From Tubiluchus corallicola (taxonomy: Eukaryota > Animalia > Priapulida), in the NCBI GenBank assembly GCA_030141605.1, contig JAQGDQ010000076.1:496001-560000 (forward strand): DNA of 64,000 bases, in the 5' to 3' direction. Below are positions 26,640-39,238 of this stretch, piece by piece. A model generated the notes under the pieces. That model was not told the origin of the DNA. It did not search any database and saw only the letters and a program-made list of their open reading frames with translations. How positions within the stretch are numbered: the first letter of the stretch is position 1; each line of letters begins with the position of its first letter. Position numbers and translations under genes: made by a program.

Positions 26640-27760
26640 TAACATCATGCATCAAAACTGCTTTAAATTGCACGCACTTTAGTAGAGAATTGGAGAAAGT
26701 CACTTGATAATCATAGAGTGACCTCTGCAGTACAGGTAGATTGATTGAAATCATTCAATGGCTTGCCATTTGATTTACTGATTGCGAAGCTTGATGCATA
26801 TACAGTATGGCTCTCAAATCATTAAAACTTGTTGCAAACTACCTACGTGACCGACGCCAGAGTGACGAAATGTAAAAAGTGAGTGAAGTATGACAGAAAA
26901 AGGCGTGCCATAGGGATCGTCCTTCTGACCAGTTTTCTTTAACACTTTTATGAGTGATTTTATGTATTTTATAAATAGCGACGTCACGAATTACGCTGAC
27001 GATAACACAATAACTACATCTGCGACCGATATTGATGATAATATCCAAACTTTATCGACTGAATCCACTCGTGCTCTTGAATGGTTTTCAATTAACCATA
27101 TGAAAACCAATTTAGACAAATACCGTCTGTTTCACGCAGGCAGCCATCGTAACCAAGAGATCATTGTAAAAGACATCTCAGTGCAACCAGAAACGTCTAT
27201 CAAACTACTCTGGGTGGTTTGATAGTGTCTTAAATTGTACTGAGCACATAAAAGACATCTCTAAAAAAGGGACTAACAAACTTTATTCTTACCCAATTTT
27301 TGTATTATAACCTCGTGTGGCATAACTGTGACCATACAAACGCTAACAAACTTGAAGATAATCAGTACCGAGCACTTAAATACGTTTATAATGATTATGA
27401 TACCTCATATGAGCAGCTGTTACAGAAAACCAATATTCTAACTTTGGAAATTAGTAGAAACTGGTCAATAGTAACTGAGGTCTTTAAGGCATTCAATGGT
27501 CCATCACCAGATTACAAAAGTTACTTCAGCTAAAACGAAGTGTGTGCAATTTTCGTGACAATGCAAAAATGATGGTTCCACAAGTTCGAACAACGAAATG
27601 TGATCTAAACTCATTCAGTTACTTGGGGGCAAAATTGTGGAATACTCTGCCCACTCATGTTAAAATTGAAACCGGACTGTAGTCTTTTAAGTGTAAAACT
27701 AAAAATGTGGAACGGGAACGATGCTGTTCTTGTAATATTCATTTATAGTTAAATTGTACA
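26640..27760 (+). mobile_element. 5'-truncated decayed LINE (CR1/L2-like) RT and C-terminal region
   Basis: Frameshifted segments LVENWRKSLDN, LPFDLLIAKLDAY, NYADDNTI (catalytic YADD), EWFSINHM, YRALKYVYNDY..SYEQLL and SFSYLGAKLWNTLP. Confidence 0.88.
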
Positions 27761-28900
27761 TTCGTGCCATAGTGTAGATTTTAACTTATATTTTGTAATA
27801 GACGCGTCAGTAAATTTCGCGCCTTAAGATTGCGTGTCGTTTGTCAATGATTTCGCGCCAATCATTTAAAAGAAGCCGTCAAAACGAGAAAAGATGGTCT
27901 ACAATGTGCAGAACAAAGTGGTGACGATAAATTCATGTTTCCAGTTCGCAATTTTCTCATTTTTCGGTATATGCAACAGGTATAGAGAGTGTATGCAACA
28001 AGTACGTTGTTGAAATTATCCGCGCAAGCGTTGTATAAAAGAATTACTGCCTATGCAATAATTGTTCTTAATACCAATTAATTTGCATTCATTCATTTTT
28101 GCAACTGTAAATATGACGAAGAGGAAATGAGCAAGGATGCAGCAAAGTCTATGCAAAATTTGCCGGGTACTCAAATAACTCAAAACATTACTTGCATTTA
28201 TTCGGCCCACTGCCATTACGACTATACAATAAACTATAACAGCCATATCACAGGATGCTTATGAACGAACAACATGGCCTTTTTACAGCTATATGTAGCT
28301 CTTTGAAGCCAGGGTTGTTGGTGCATATGGCCTGTTCCCGAGAGAACACTGCCCTTAGAAATTGCAGATAAAAGACTTTGAAAACCTTTCGGTAACTCGT
28401 TTTAAAAATTCCTCTCTCAAAAGTTTTCAAAACAATTTTTCGGAAAAACCGGAGCGCATGCGCAGTACGCTTAAGGGAGTTTTACTTTCCGCCCGGTAGT
28501 TTGGGAGAATCTTTTCCCAAACAAACTGATTTGCTTGTATATGTTGACAGGCTCGGGATAGTATCAGGTTATATTAGCCACTTTAGATCACTTTAGATCC
28601 AGTGTGTTTTTCCGAGTTGGTGATACAACGTCTGATCAGTGAAGTCTGATCAGTGGCGTAGACTTGTTGGGAGTTTTTAAATTGTTGGCAGCGGTATAAT
28701 GATTTTCACGTCTGGAACAACTAACTATACAAACAAGATGATGTTTTAATTAAAGTGCTGTTGCTTTTCACTACGTTTATGAAAGTGAGAGTAAGTGCTG
28801 AGGGCGTTAAAACAAAGTGCAAAGGTTTATTTGGGACATCCGTGATATTGTAATACAAATCAAAAAAATAAAGCTAATACAGCGTAACTTATAAAACCGA

Positions 28901-28931
28901 TATAAAAGTTCAAGTTCGCTAGCAAAACAGT
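28901..28931 (+). promoter_or_regulatory. Candidate MyoD core promoter (TATA box + initiator)
   Basis: TATAAAA at 28901-28907 and an Inr-like CAGT at 28928-28931, about 28 nt downstream and about 90 nt before the MyoD ATG. Confidence 0.45.
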
Positions 28932-29018
28932 CTCAAAAAATTTACCCATTAAGACAGAGCTTCTTCTCGTGATCCGTGGCTTCTTGAAAGACATATAGAA
29001 AAACTACTGTATAGGAGC

Positions 29019-29768
29019 ATGGCCAGCATAAACTGTCGTTATGGACAGACATCTTATCCAGATCCTCCGCAGTACAACAACTTCAATGGTCCAACCTCTC
29101 AGTTTACGCAGATAGCAGACACAACGAGCTTGTTCTCTCATCAGACAACCGACGACTACGTGCGACATCGACAGGAGTACGAGTGCCTCATGCGACATTA
29201 TCGTCCGACGCCCGGGTACGGCATTACCGCTGATCCGTATTCGCGAGGGTACCTGTTCGACGACAAGCATCGTTTTTACGAAGCGGCTCGTCCTTCATCT
29301 GATTCTCAGCTGAACGGGTTTCCTGCCATGAAAAGGCCAGAACTTTGCGAAAAGACCAATGAGTGTTCGGACGATCAGGCAATATTGCGCGGTAAGTCTG
29401 ATGTTGATGATAGCGATGACGAGCACGTCCCTCATGTTCTTGCTCCTCCTTACCCGCAAAGTCATACCCAAAGACGCTGCTTGCTATGGGCTTGTAAGGC
29501 CTGTAAAAGAAAGACGGTACAGGTAGACCGTCGAAAGGCAGCAACGATGAGGGAGAGACGTCGCTTGCACAAAGTGAACGAGGCATTTGAGCTTCTGAAA
29601 CGCAGGACCACCACTAACCCTAACCAGCGACTGCCCAAAGTTGAGATCTTGAGAAACGCAATAGATTACATAGAAGGTTTAGAACATTTACTGAGGGGAA
29701 GTAAAAATTCAGAGACCGAAGACAGAGGAGATACCCGCTCAACAAATAGCAACTGCTCAGATTACATG
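29019..29768 (+). CDS. MyoD: Myogenic regulatory factor (MyoD/MRF family bHLH), exon 1
   Basis: His/Cys region HVPHVLAP...[12 protein letters not shown]; basic region [14 protein letters not shown] with the myogenic Ala-Thr code; [36 protein letters not shown]. Ends SNCSDYM followed by a GTAAGA donor at 29769 (phase 0, 250 codons). Confidence 0.97.
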
Positions 29769-31718
29769 GTAAGAATGCTGATTTGAGTAGCAAAAAATTG
29801 TAGAATGTAGAGATAAAAGCCATGTTTTGAAGCCATCACAGGCTAGAATCTTATTTTTATTTTTTTTCGAGCGTGGGTTAGGCAGTAAGCATCAAGTGTG
29901 GATATTATGACCAGATGCAGTAAGCATCCACCGCTAATTTGTGATTTTAATTTGAAAATTATCGATTAGTTATGGAAAAAATCGACAATTGTAAAATTTT
30001 TGAAACCAAACATTGGCCGAAAGAAAGGAAATGTAAGAAAGTTGGGACTGAGAATAGATTACAAATCTAACGCAATGAATACATTAGGCCACGTAACTCC
30101 TTATGATCGCTGGTCTTAACTCAATCCTAATAGCTCCTTAACCACTTCAACATTTCTACGTATTAGTTGCTGACGCTAAAGTAATTGCTAATTAATTAAA
30201 TTAATATTTGTACATAATTCTTAGAGCCTGAAAAAACCAGTAATTACTATTTATAACAAAATTAGTTGGAACCTAATTACTAAACAATGCATTCCAGTTT
30301 GAAATTCTGAAAGCAAACAACTGTATTTAAAAAAAACACAAAACGATCCTTTATCATCCTTATCCACATATTTTTAAACTTTACAAGTGTAGAAGATTTG
30401 TGTGTAAATGCTTTTTTGTTTAATTCTTATTTTGAAATACACGTACACGTATTTTAATAAGAAATAAAAAGGAGGAAAACGTATTATATTTTTTTCAAAT
30501 TTACGATCATCATGGCGCTATCGTTAGATGGATATCCGTTTGTTCAGAATAAAACTTCATTGCCCAGAGCTGATGTATAACAAGTCCAAGATAAAATAAT
30601 ATATATGCATATATATGCTGCATACATTCAATTTTTAGTATGTGCAACACAAAACATGTAATCAGTTTTTTTAACCACTGTTAAACGATGCAGTAAATTA
30701 CACTTACCGCAAACTAACTGCAAACACGGGACATCACAAAAAAGACAAGAGATGCAATATGAAATTAAACGTAAAAAATTACCATAAAAAGACCACAGAA
30801 GCACAAAAGCAGAGCAGTCAGAAGCAGAAATTGAAACTTTAAAAACTTTTCTAATTTGTCTAAACATGCAGCTACAGCCGTGAATACCTATTATAGGTGA
30901 ATTCGATACGCAAAATTTAAAGTAAGCAATAAAAAGGGCAGGTAGATGTAAAATCTCGTCAACTTTATTTGTATCAATACGTATCAATTATTTTGTGAAG
31001 AAATTGTCTAAGAGGGTGTTAAGGTATTCAAATTATAGTTGAAAGTTTCTTAGTTCTGATGGCCATAAGTTCCTGATTTAGCCTTGTATTTCAATGATTC
31101 TTTAGACTGGTATGGTGTTCCATAAGCCACCCACTAATTTCATATTCAATTTTTTTATACTTTATCTTGTGGTACTTCATCTTACAGTCGTCGTTCATCT
31201 TGTGGTACTAACTCTTACTCAATAAATGAGATTTTTTTAGTCTGCATTTGAAGTTTTGCCCCGTTTTCTACTACCGTGCTAACTTTTGAGCAGAAGTGTA
31301 AAATCGCGGAATGGGGTATACATAGAAAAAAGCATGGTGTGCAGATCTAAAAAATCGTTGCTGTAGACGTATGATACCAAATTTTGATATCACTAATATT
31401 ATCACGTAGACTCAGCAAACAAGTTGTCATTTCTTTCCCATTGTTTTTCCTACACACAAGAAATTAGTTCATGAAGCGGATTAGGATTAGGATTAGGGTT
31501 AGGGTTCCCTACTTTTTAATATCTTTTAAAAATAATGAAGGATTTTGAAATTGATATTTTCATCCAAATTCTGCATTATTTGCCACATTTTTTAAAAGAC
31601 ATGAAAGCTTGCATAATTTGCCATGAATTTACAGTGCCGTGTGCCGTGTATAAACCTCTGCTAACACTGTTGTGCGGCCGATTTATGCATATGTGGCTAT
31701 GTCTATGCGTATGCGCCC

Positions 31719-31735
31719 GTGTGCGTGTGTATGTA

Positions 31736-31767
<32 letters not shown>

Positions 31768-31770
31768 TGT
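31719..31770. repeat. (GC)n-(GT)n alternating purine-pyrimidine tract
   Basis: Directly visible in MyoD intron 1. Confidence 0.9.
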
Positions 31771-34536
31771 AGATTAGATTAGATTTGATGGCAGAGTGCA
31801 TTTGGTCAGGGCTCCACTGCAGACGTTCTCCTCCTTTTTCTCTCTTATTCTTTAAGTTTTTTATATTTTCAGCATTTTTCTTTCCAGCTGTTTCGATAAC
31901 GCTTTTCTTCCCATGCTTCTAAACCGATTGAGATCATGTTATTTTTACATTATGACAAACATAGCCAAAATCTATGTTATTTTCCCGCACCATCTATTAA
32001 TTCAGGCCAAACTCGGACACAAAAATTCAATTGTCCGATGTTATCCTAGGCCTTTGGATAAAGTCGGACACTGCTCGAGTACACAAACAGATATTGTGCT
32101 TTGCAAAGTGTGGCATGAAAGCATCGGGGAAGAAGTAACTTACAAAATAAGCCATTTCTGAAGAGGATGCTGTAAATAATTAATTCGTTAGATCTGTTTA
32201 GCAGAAAATCAAAAAAAGTTAATACTATAAGAATAAACGTACTCAGCGAGCGAGCTTGTATGTTCACGACCATACGGCTGCCAGAAGACGAATTACTAGA
32301 CTATGTCTTGTGATGTGTAAAGTCTAAAGATGTGATGTGTCGGTAATTAACAATGAAAGAAAAAACAACGTTCAGGTAATTTAATGGGTTTTAGAAAAAA
32401 CGTAAAACCCATTGTCCGACATTACCCCATTTATCATATTTATTTTCACATAACAAAAGATTTTCATACTTTCATAGTACAGACACGACCGTTGCATTCC
32501 AACTTTACCAATTTTACTTTCTTTCTCAACCACAAGCATGCTTTCGTAATTGCTCATATTTTGTTATTAATTAAATTACTTACAGCCAAATGTCACTATT
32601 TAGTTGATAAATGAATTATAAAAACAGTGTACATGTTATATTACTGAAAAAATGGTGCGACGAATCTGGGTTCGGGCACGGATCAGTCTCAGACTGTAAT
32701 AGACAGCGGCATACGGCATAAAACTCCAGAATATGAATGTAAACTAATTTTTGCGTTATCAATTGCTCCAAATTTTTTTAAAAATTTTCAGAAAGCTTAC
32801 AATATACACGTGTGAACAGAAAGGCCAGCTTGGAATAATAAAATGCACGTGCATTCTGTCTTTGTATGCTGCAGAATGTATATTGCTGAATGACCTGAAG
32901 ATGTGGTCACTTTTTTAAATACGCTTATCTTACGTGTTTCGTGATTTACGAAATATGAATCACTGACCTAGAAGTAATAGAAGCTACGCCTATAAGTGAT
33001 AGAGATGATCCCACCGCAAATATAGACATGCATGCTTTTCCAAAGTTAATTTAAGCAAATTACAAGTGAAGAAAAACATCAAAGTCTGTCTACGCTCTGA
33101 TGTTAATGTGACGAGTATAAAAAGCTCGAATGGTAGTCCTTCCACCCAGATTTCAGTCATCAATCAGTAATCGAAGAAGCAAAACACATCCTTGTTCAAT
33201 TGAGCATGCATTTCAGTTCTAAAGTTGTTACAAGTAAAACATTTTCCCGCTGTGTAGTTTTAAGTGCCTGTTTGCGATATAAATGATTTTGGAATTGATG
33301 AGCGAAAACGTCTCCGTACGACCGGAACATCAGAACTAGAGAAACCCGAGACGAAATGTTAGCCATCTGCCGACATTCTTTATGAAAAATGTTAACCCTA
33401 GCATCACGGTGTGGCTCTGTTATTTCTCCGAGTCTTTCCTGCGTGTTCGTTAAAAGTACAACAAGGATCGTACCATTCGCACCGAGGGGTGGTAGTAACT
33501 GCTGTCTCGTTCTGCCCCGCGCACCTGTCTGTAATTTGTCTTATGCGCACATGGACCAGCCTTATTACCACCAATCAAAACAAATTGTAGGTGGCTCGTG
33601 TATCGGTCTCTGATCTACTCTGTCATCTTGTCGTGACGTCGCCCAGTTGCCCGGCCTTCACCCCTTCTTATTAACACTTTCTGCGTTGTCGTCATTTGCC
33701 GCAACTGATATCCTAACAAGAAGCCATCCGATACCTGTTTAATTGCCCTCTTTGCAGGGTTGAACGCGAGATTAATGGCCCATAGCTTTTTATGAATTTA
33801 TAGTATTTGCATAGCTAAAGGAATATTGAAACCGTTTATGATCGTCCTGGCAAAATCATTGCTCAAAAAATGCCGAGTTTTAAGAGCGAGTGCGCCAGAA
33901 AAATTTTTGGCTTTAGTAAAATAATCCTTTTATGCCATAATGACGCTGAGAACGATGGGACCTGAATCCCTGCTGTTGAACGTAAATAGTATTTGTTTTA
34001 GTCATACAGAGCATTATAAGTTTGCGAAGCATAACAATAATCGTCTATCTTTCTTGGTGCTTTGAAATTTCTGTGGTGTACAGTCAGTTGCACTGAAGTA
34101 TCTTAATTAAATGAAAAAATTTAGGCGTAGATACCAAGAAAAAATGGTTTTTAATCTATGTTATCTGCCAAATTCAATGCTTTTTTGCAAATATGTTAAA
34201 AGACAGGTTCTTGCCAACAAACAACTTGAAATTTTTTGTCGATTGAGCTTTTAATTTTAAACTCTGCTTTTATCAATTAACAAAAACTTTCACCTGGTTT
34301 ATTAAACCTTATAATAATTCACTTAATCATTTAAAATAACGAAAAAATCACATAAATTAAAAAACATAGTAATTTTAAAAAAATGAGTATGTTTCATTTT
34401 GACATAAACAAAGACGTAAGTAGTATACATATATTTATATATGTAGGCTTACTCGTTTTACTATAATACTTTTCTTTATTAATTAAGTATATTTTCACAG
34501 TAGTGTTTTCATTCCGAACAAATTTCTTTTTTTCAG

Positions 34537-34612
34537 ACAGCGAATAGTCCTCATTATTACTCAGAGAAACTGCAACATTATGACGATAATGCGAACTATA
34601 ACATCACAGGAG
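34537..34612 (+). CDS. MyoD: MyoD exon 2 (76 nt, TANSPHYYSEKLQHYDDNANYNITG)
   Basis: Acceptor tttctttttttcag ends at 34536; donor GTGAGC at 34613. The frame is open, entering in phase 0 and leaving in phase 1, which bridges exons 1 and 3 exactly. Confidence 0.85.
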
Positions 34613-36651
34613 GTGAGCTCCATAAAATTTGCATTTTTTCTATGCAGGTCTATTATGCAGTCTATTTGCAGGTCTATTATGTTTATTAGATAACTTCTTT
34701 CGATTGAAAAATTACAGCACTCGCCAGCATAATCATTAATTAAACTTACTATTAAGTTTTATAAGACTAATTTAACAATAGAAGATAAATCCTAATAACC
34801 TTCAGAATGAATGTAAGAGGTTTCCAAGAAAGTGGTTTTAATACAGTTTCTTTCGATGTACTGAAAATTTTAATAATCACCTGTATCACAATATCAATGA
34901 TTGTTATTTTTTCTGGATACAGAGTTAATGATTCATTCACTGTCTACATTTTGCTTGTTTTGACACAAAATCTTGCTCAAGTTATAGATTTAGTATTCAA
35001 ATAGTATTAACTTAAATTTTTCCAATAATTTCACGCTTACAAAAGCTGCAATGTGCAACTACTGTAATTACGTACTAAGATTGTAAATTAATGTCTCGTG
35101 GAAACTCTGCTAACGCGATTTTTTTATTTAAAATAAAACAGATTTATAGTCCATCATTGTTATTAATATTTATCTTACAAAATCAGCAAATAAAAATGCT
35201 AAATAAATTGATTTGAAAAAAATACGCTGCAGTCGCGATTGCAGCTTAACGCAAGTTAACTTATTTACTTAACTTAAGTTAACTTAACTTAATGCAATTT
35301 ACAAATGTCAGTTATAAATTCAGAAAATGATACTCACTTGCATCCTTTTAGTTGAACGTATTTAATTACTTTAGTCACGCATTTAAAATTTTGTCACTAC
35401 AGATGACAATTGTTGTTATATTAGCCAAAAAATTGCCAAAATGTCACCTAGAGTTAAAACTTTTTGTATTTTAAAACTACGTACGCCACTAAAGGTCCGA
35501 GTAAGACATAATCCATAATTATGATTACCTTAACTCAGCAGTAGATGGCTGTGTCACGTCATATGGACACCATATAAAGGGTGCTCTGATGTATCATATT
35601 ATCAGCACATCAGGTTGGAATTAAATAAACGTTAAATGATGGATGTTTTACTCAGGGTGGTAACAGTTGGCAAATTATCGTAGGGTCAGTCTGCATCCAT
35701 CTTGTAACTGAGCTGCTGTTAGATCAATTGGTAACTCCAAATTCACAAAGCACCGCGCTAAGCTATTGATGTAACATCAGAGTGGAGAAAATTGCAAAGT
35801 TTTTATTTTGACAACGGTCATTTGCGTATTATAAATTTGAATACAACAGAAACATAAATAATAACGATTTACTTGTTAGCATTTTGACGTTTACCTAACT
35901 TCAATAAAAAGCAATGAATGTTGTGTGGAGAAGTGAGGAGCACAGCGCTCGAGGCCTTATATTCTCTAGGGTGAGGCGCTATATTGTATTCAACTGATGA
36001 TCTCAAAATAATTAAAAACTATTATACCTATTTACATGACCTCACAAAGCATACACAATGTCAAAAGATACCTTATTCTTGATCAGTCCACAGAAAGTTA
36101 TGAAAATGAATAAACCTGTCGTTTTATAAAGTATGTTTTATGTTGTAAAAGTCATATGAAGTACGTCAGCTGTAGCTAATAAATGAATTACGAACTTAAC
36201 AAGCCACATTAAAAGTACTCAATTTAGATTACTTCAAGCGGGCTTACTTCATTTTTGTAGATGCACTGATTGAGAATTCTGAGCACAGAGAATGGTAAAA
36301 ATCAGTGGCTTGTCATTAGTAATTTATAAACTATACATCAAGAACATAATACAGGAAGAATATTAGCTAAGTGTGAGGGGACCATTGAAACACTTGAGGC
36401 TGTTATGTAATTAAACAAGACGAGGATAATCCAAATTATCATTTTTGAATTGGAGGGTTGGTATTATTACGTTTGTGAGTTGTTAAATTTTTTGGCCATA
36501 CTTAAAAAATTCAAAGTATTTAATATTTTGGGTTTTTATCTTATTATTGTTATCGTTATTATTGACATTATAGCTTCTTTTGTCGTTGTTGCTGTGATCG
36601 TAATTGTTGTGATTACGTTTAATTTAATTTTAGTCGTACACTTACATAAAT

Positions 36652-36691
36652 CATTATTATTATGATTACTATTATTAGTACTACTACTGCT

Positions 36692-36773
<82 letters not shown>

Positions 36774-37188
36774 CTACTACTGTTACTGTTACTGTTACTG
36801 TTACTGTTACTGTTACTGTTACTGTTACTGTTACTGTTACTGTTACTGTTACTGTTACTGTTACTGTTACTGTTACTGTTACTGTTACTGTTACTGTTAC
36901 TGTTACTGTTACTGTTACTGTTACTGTTTTTGTTACTGTTTTTGTTACTGTTACTGTTACTGTTACTGTTACTGTTACTGTTACTGTTACTGTTACTGTT
37001 ACTGTTACTGTTACTGTTACTGTTACTGTTACTGTTACTGTTACTGTTACTGTTACTGTTACTGTTACTGTTACTGTTACTGTTACTGTTACTATTACTA
37101 TTACTATTACTATTACTATTACTATTACTATTACTATTACTATTACTATTACTATTACTATTACTATTACTATTACTATTACTATTAC

Positions 37189-37280
<92 letters not shown>
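36652..37280. repeat. Compound microsatellite (ACA)n-(CTGTTA)n-(CTATTA)n-(TTA)n in MyoD intron 2
   Basis: Directly visible; ends about 45 nt before the exon 3 acceptor. Confidence 0.98.
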
Positions 37281-37285
<5 letters not shown>

Positions 37286-37325
37286 TTTACCATTATCGTT
37301 CGTCATTATTTTCTTTTTATCTTAG

Positions 37326-37468
37326 CTTACCAGCAAGACGAACCAGGAGCATCTAGTCTTGATTGTCTGTCATTTATCGTTGAAAGCATTTCACCAAACA
37401 ACAAACAAGCAGCGACGACGACAGCCATATCTACAGCGACAACCTCGTCCCTTAGCAACGTCGCATGA
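37326..37468 (+). CDS. MyoD: MyoD exon 3 with helix III, to the stop codon
   Basis: Acceptor ttttctttttatcttag ends at 37325 (phase 1). Encodes AYQQDEPGASSLDCLSFIVESISP, where SSLDCLS.IV.SI is the MRF helix III signature. TGA ends at 37468; AATAAA at 37517-37522. Spliced CDS is 969 nt = 322 aa. Confidence 0.92.
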
Positions 37469-39028
37469 TAGTGAATGACTTCCTCATATTCGCACACGTA
37501 TTTTATAGTAATAATCAATAAAGTCAATTAAATAATTTTGTAATTAGACGCAGACTTGCAACAGGTAGGAAATTTAAAGTATGGTGTGGGAGCTCTGAAT
37601 TTTGTAGACTCTACTATAGAATCTATTGGTCATAAATAGGCTTAGTCTACTAAATATTTTAAGTTACGAGCTTTTAATACGTACATATCGCATGCAAGTT
37701 TAAAGCACTTTTAATAAAAACAAATTCCAATATAAATTTATGTTCAAAACTTGTCGCTCTTAACTGCTGATTCGCATAAAAGCTAATTTATAGTTATAAT
37801 ACATCCTGTTAGATCCTACAATAGTTCTTATAAGGTATATAAATAGTTTATATATAATTATAAGCGGTGCACGACAACTATTTTGTAATACCGAAAGTGT
37901 AAATTATCTGTATAAACTTCAGATTGAAGCCTAACTTTGAGCAAAAAGGCCAGGAAGAAAAAACTTTTAAAACTATTTGAAAACCATTCAAATACGTTTG
38001 AACGTCTTTGGAAAATGCAAGCTGTTTTTATACGCTACAGGCATTGAGTAAAATTTGGACATTTTATAAAATTCTAGGAATTTTATATAATGCCTATGCA
38101 TTTCGGAAAAAGTGTGAAATAAATGTTTTTGCTGCGACTCTTTCACACTTTCTTAGACTCTTAGACGCTTTGTATGATAACTAGGATTTATATAAATTGC
38201 GTAAAATGACGTTGGCAATGTGTAAAATGAACATTGAATTGAATTTTTCCTAGCTATTTTGTACATTACCTAGGTATTGTATCATTGTACGGAAAGCATA
38301 AAACTTAGCTAATAGACTAAACTAAGCAAGCAATTCATGTAATTCTATCTATCCACTGAAAAACCGATTGATTTCAAATTCACACAATCCCTAAAATAAA
38401 ATTGGCATTATATAAAATACCTAGGTAAATTATTTTACAACAATTAAATATTTGTTTTATATTTTGATCTCCGATTTAATCAGCAATCTATTAAATGTAT
38501 ATCAAACGTATGTTCGAAATCTAAGAATATCACACTTTGCCTAGACCAACTTTTGCGTTATATATAATGCCTTGGAAAAGTGTAGAAGGAAATTTTTTGG
38601 ACACTTGTTGGTTTGCTTTGGTACTGTAAAGTGCCCAGACATTCTATAGAATAAACGATTTCACACGGCGTAACATATATATCAACATCCACAAAACAGC
38701 TTTGGACTAGGAATTCTTAGAATGCATACTTTATTTTACCTGTGTTTAATGGCGTAACTACTTCAATGGCGACCTGGCAGCCCCATAAAATGCATTACTC
38801 AAAAACCACTTTCAATTTATGAGAGCTAATTAACACATAATATTGGAATTTTGCATAAAATATTAGCTTTTTTGTAAAATCTGAGTGCTTGTTTACAAGA
38901 TCTACAGCATTCTTAATTGTAAAAATCATACATTTGATTATAATTCATAGTCCATAAGCCACGGAATAAGTGGAATTCACAAAAATTGTTTGAAATACGT
39001 GTATATTATTATCTTGAGCACAGTAAAT

Positions 39029-39238
39029 AGACTAAAATTAGTTCAACTGTACAGGCAATAATGGTGTGCTAAGCTGTGAATACGTGTTGCAATGTAACTA
39101 GAATCTACAAGCGTTATTTATTTGGGTCTTATGAATGACTAAGATTAGTACAACTGTGCTTCAATGATCATGTGCTAAGCTGTGAATATGTAACTAGAAT
39201 CAACAACTTCTTTTTATCTGGGTCTTATGAATGTAGAC
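39029..39238. repeat. Two-copy tandem duplication of about 105 bp
   Basis: GTGCTAAGCTGTGAATA...TGTAACTAGAATC...TGGGTCTTATGAATG is present twice. Confidence 0.85.

Noticed and set aside
29769-29786. MyoD as a single-exon 255-aa protein, as in the ORF track
   Set aside because: A strong GTAAGA donor at 29769 and phase-compatible exons 2 and 3 carrying helix III explain the gene better.
29004-29823. Antisense ORFs over MyoD exon 1
   Set aside because: Shadow frames of a GC-richer coding exon with no recognisable motifs.
31481-31506. Short TTAGGG/TTAGGA runs (also at about 40719-40733)
   Set aside because: Only 2-4 units, too short for an interstitial telomere; probably parts of interspersed repeats.
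36536-37325. Long poly-N/S/C/T/V/L ORFs on both strands
   Set aside because: Microsatellite artefacts; only 37326-37468 is real coding sequence (MyoD exon 3).
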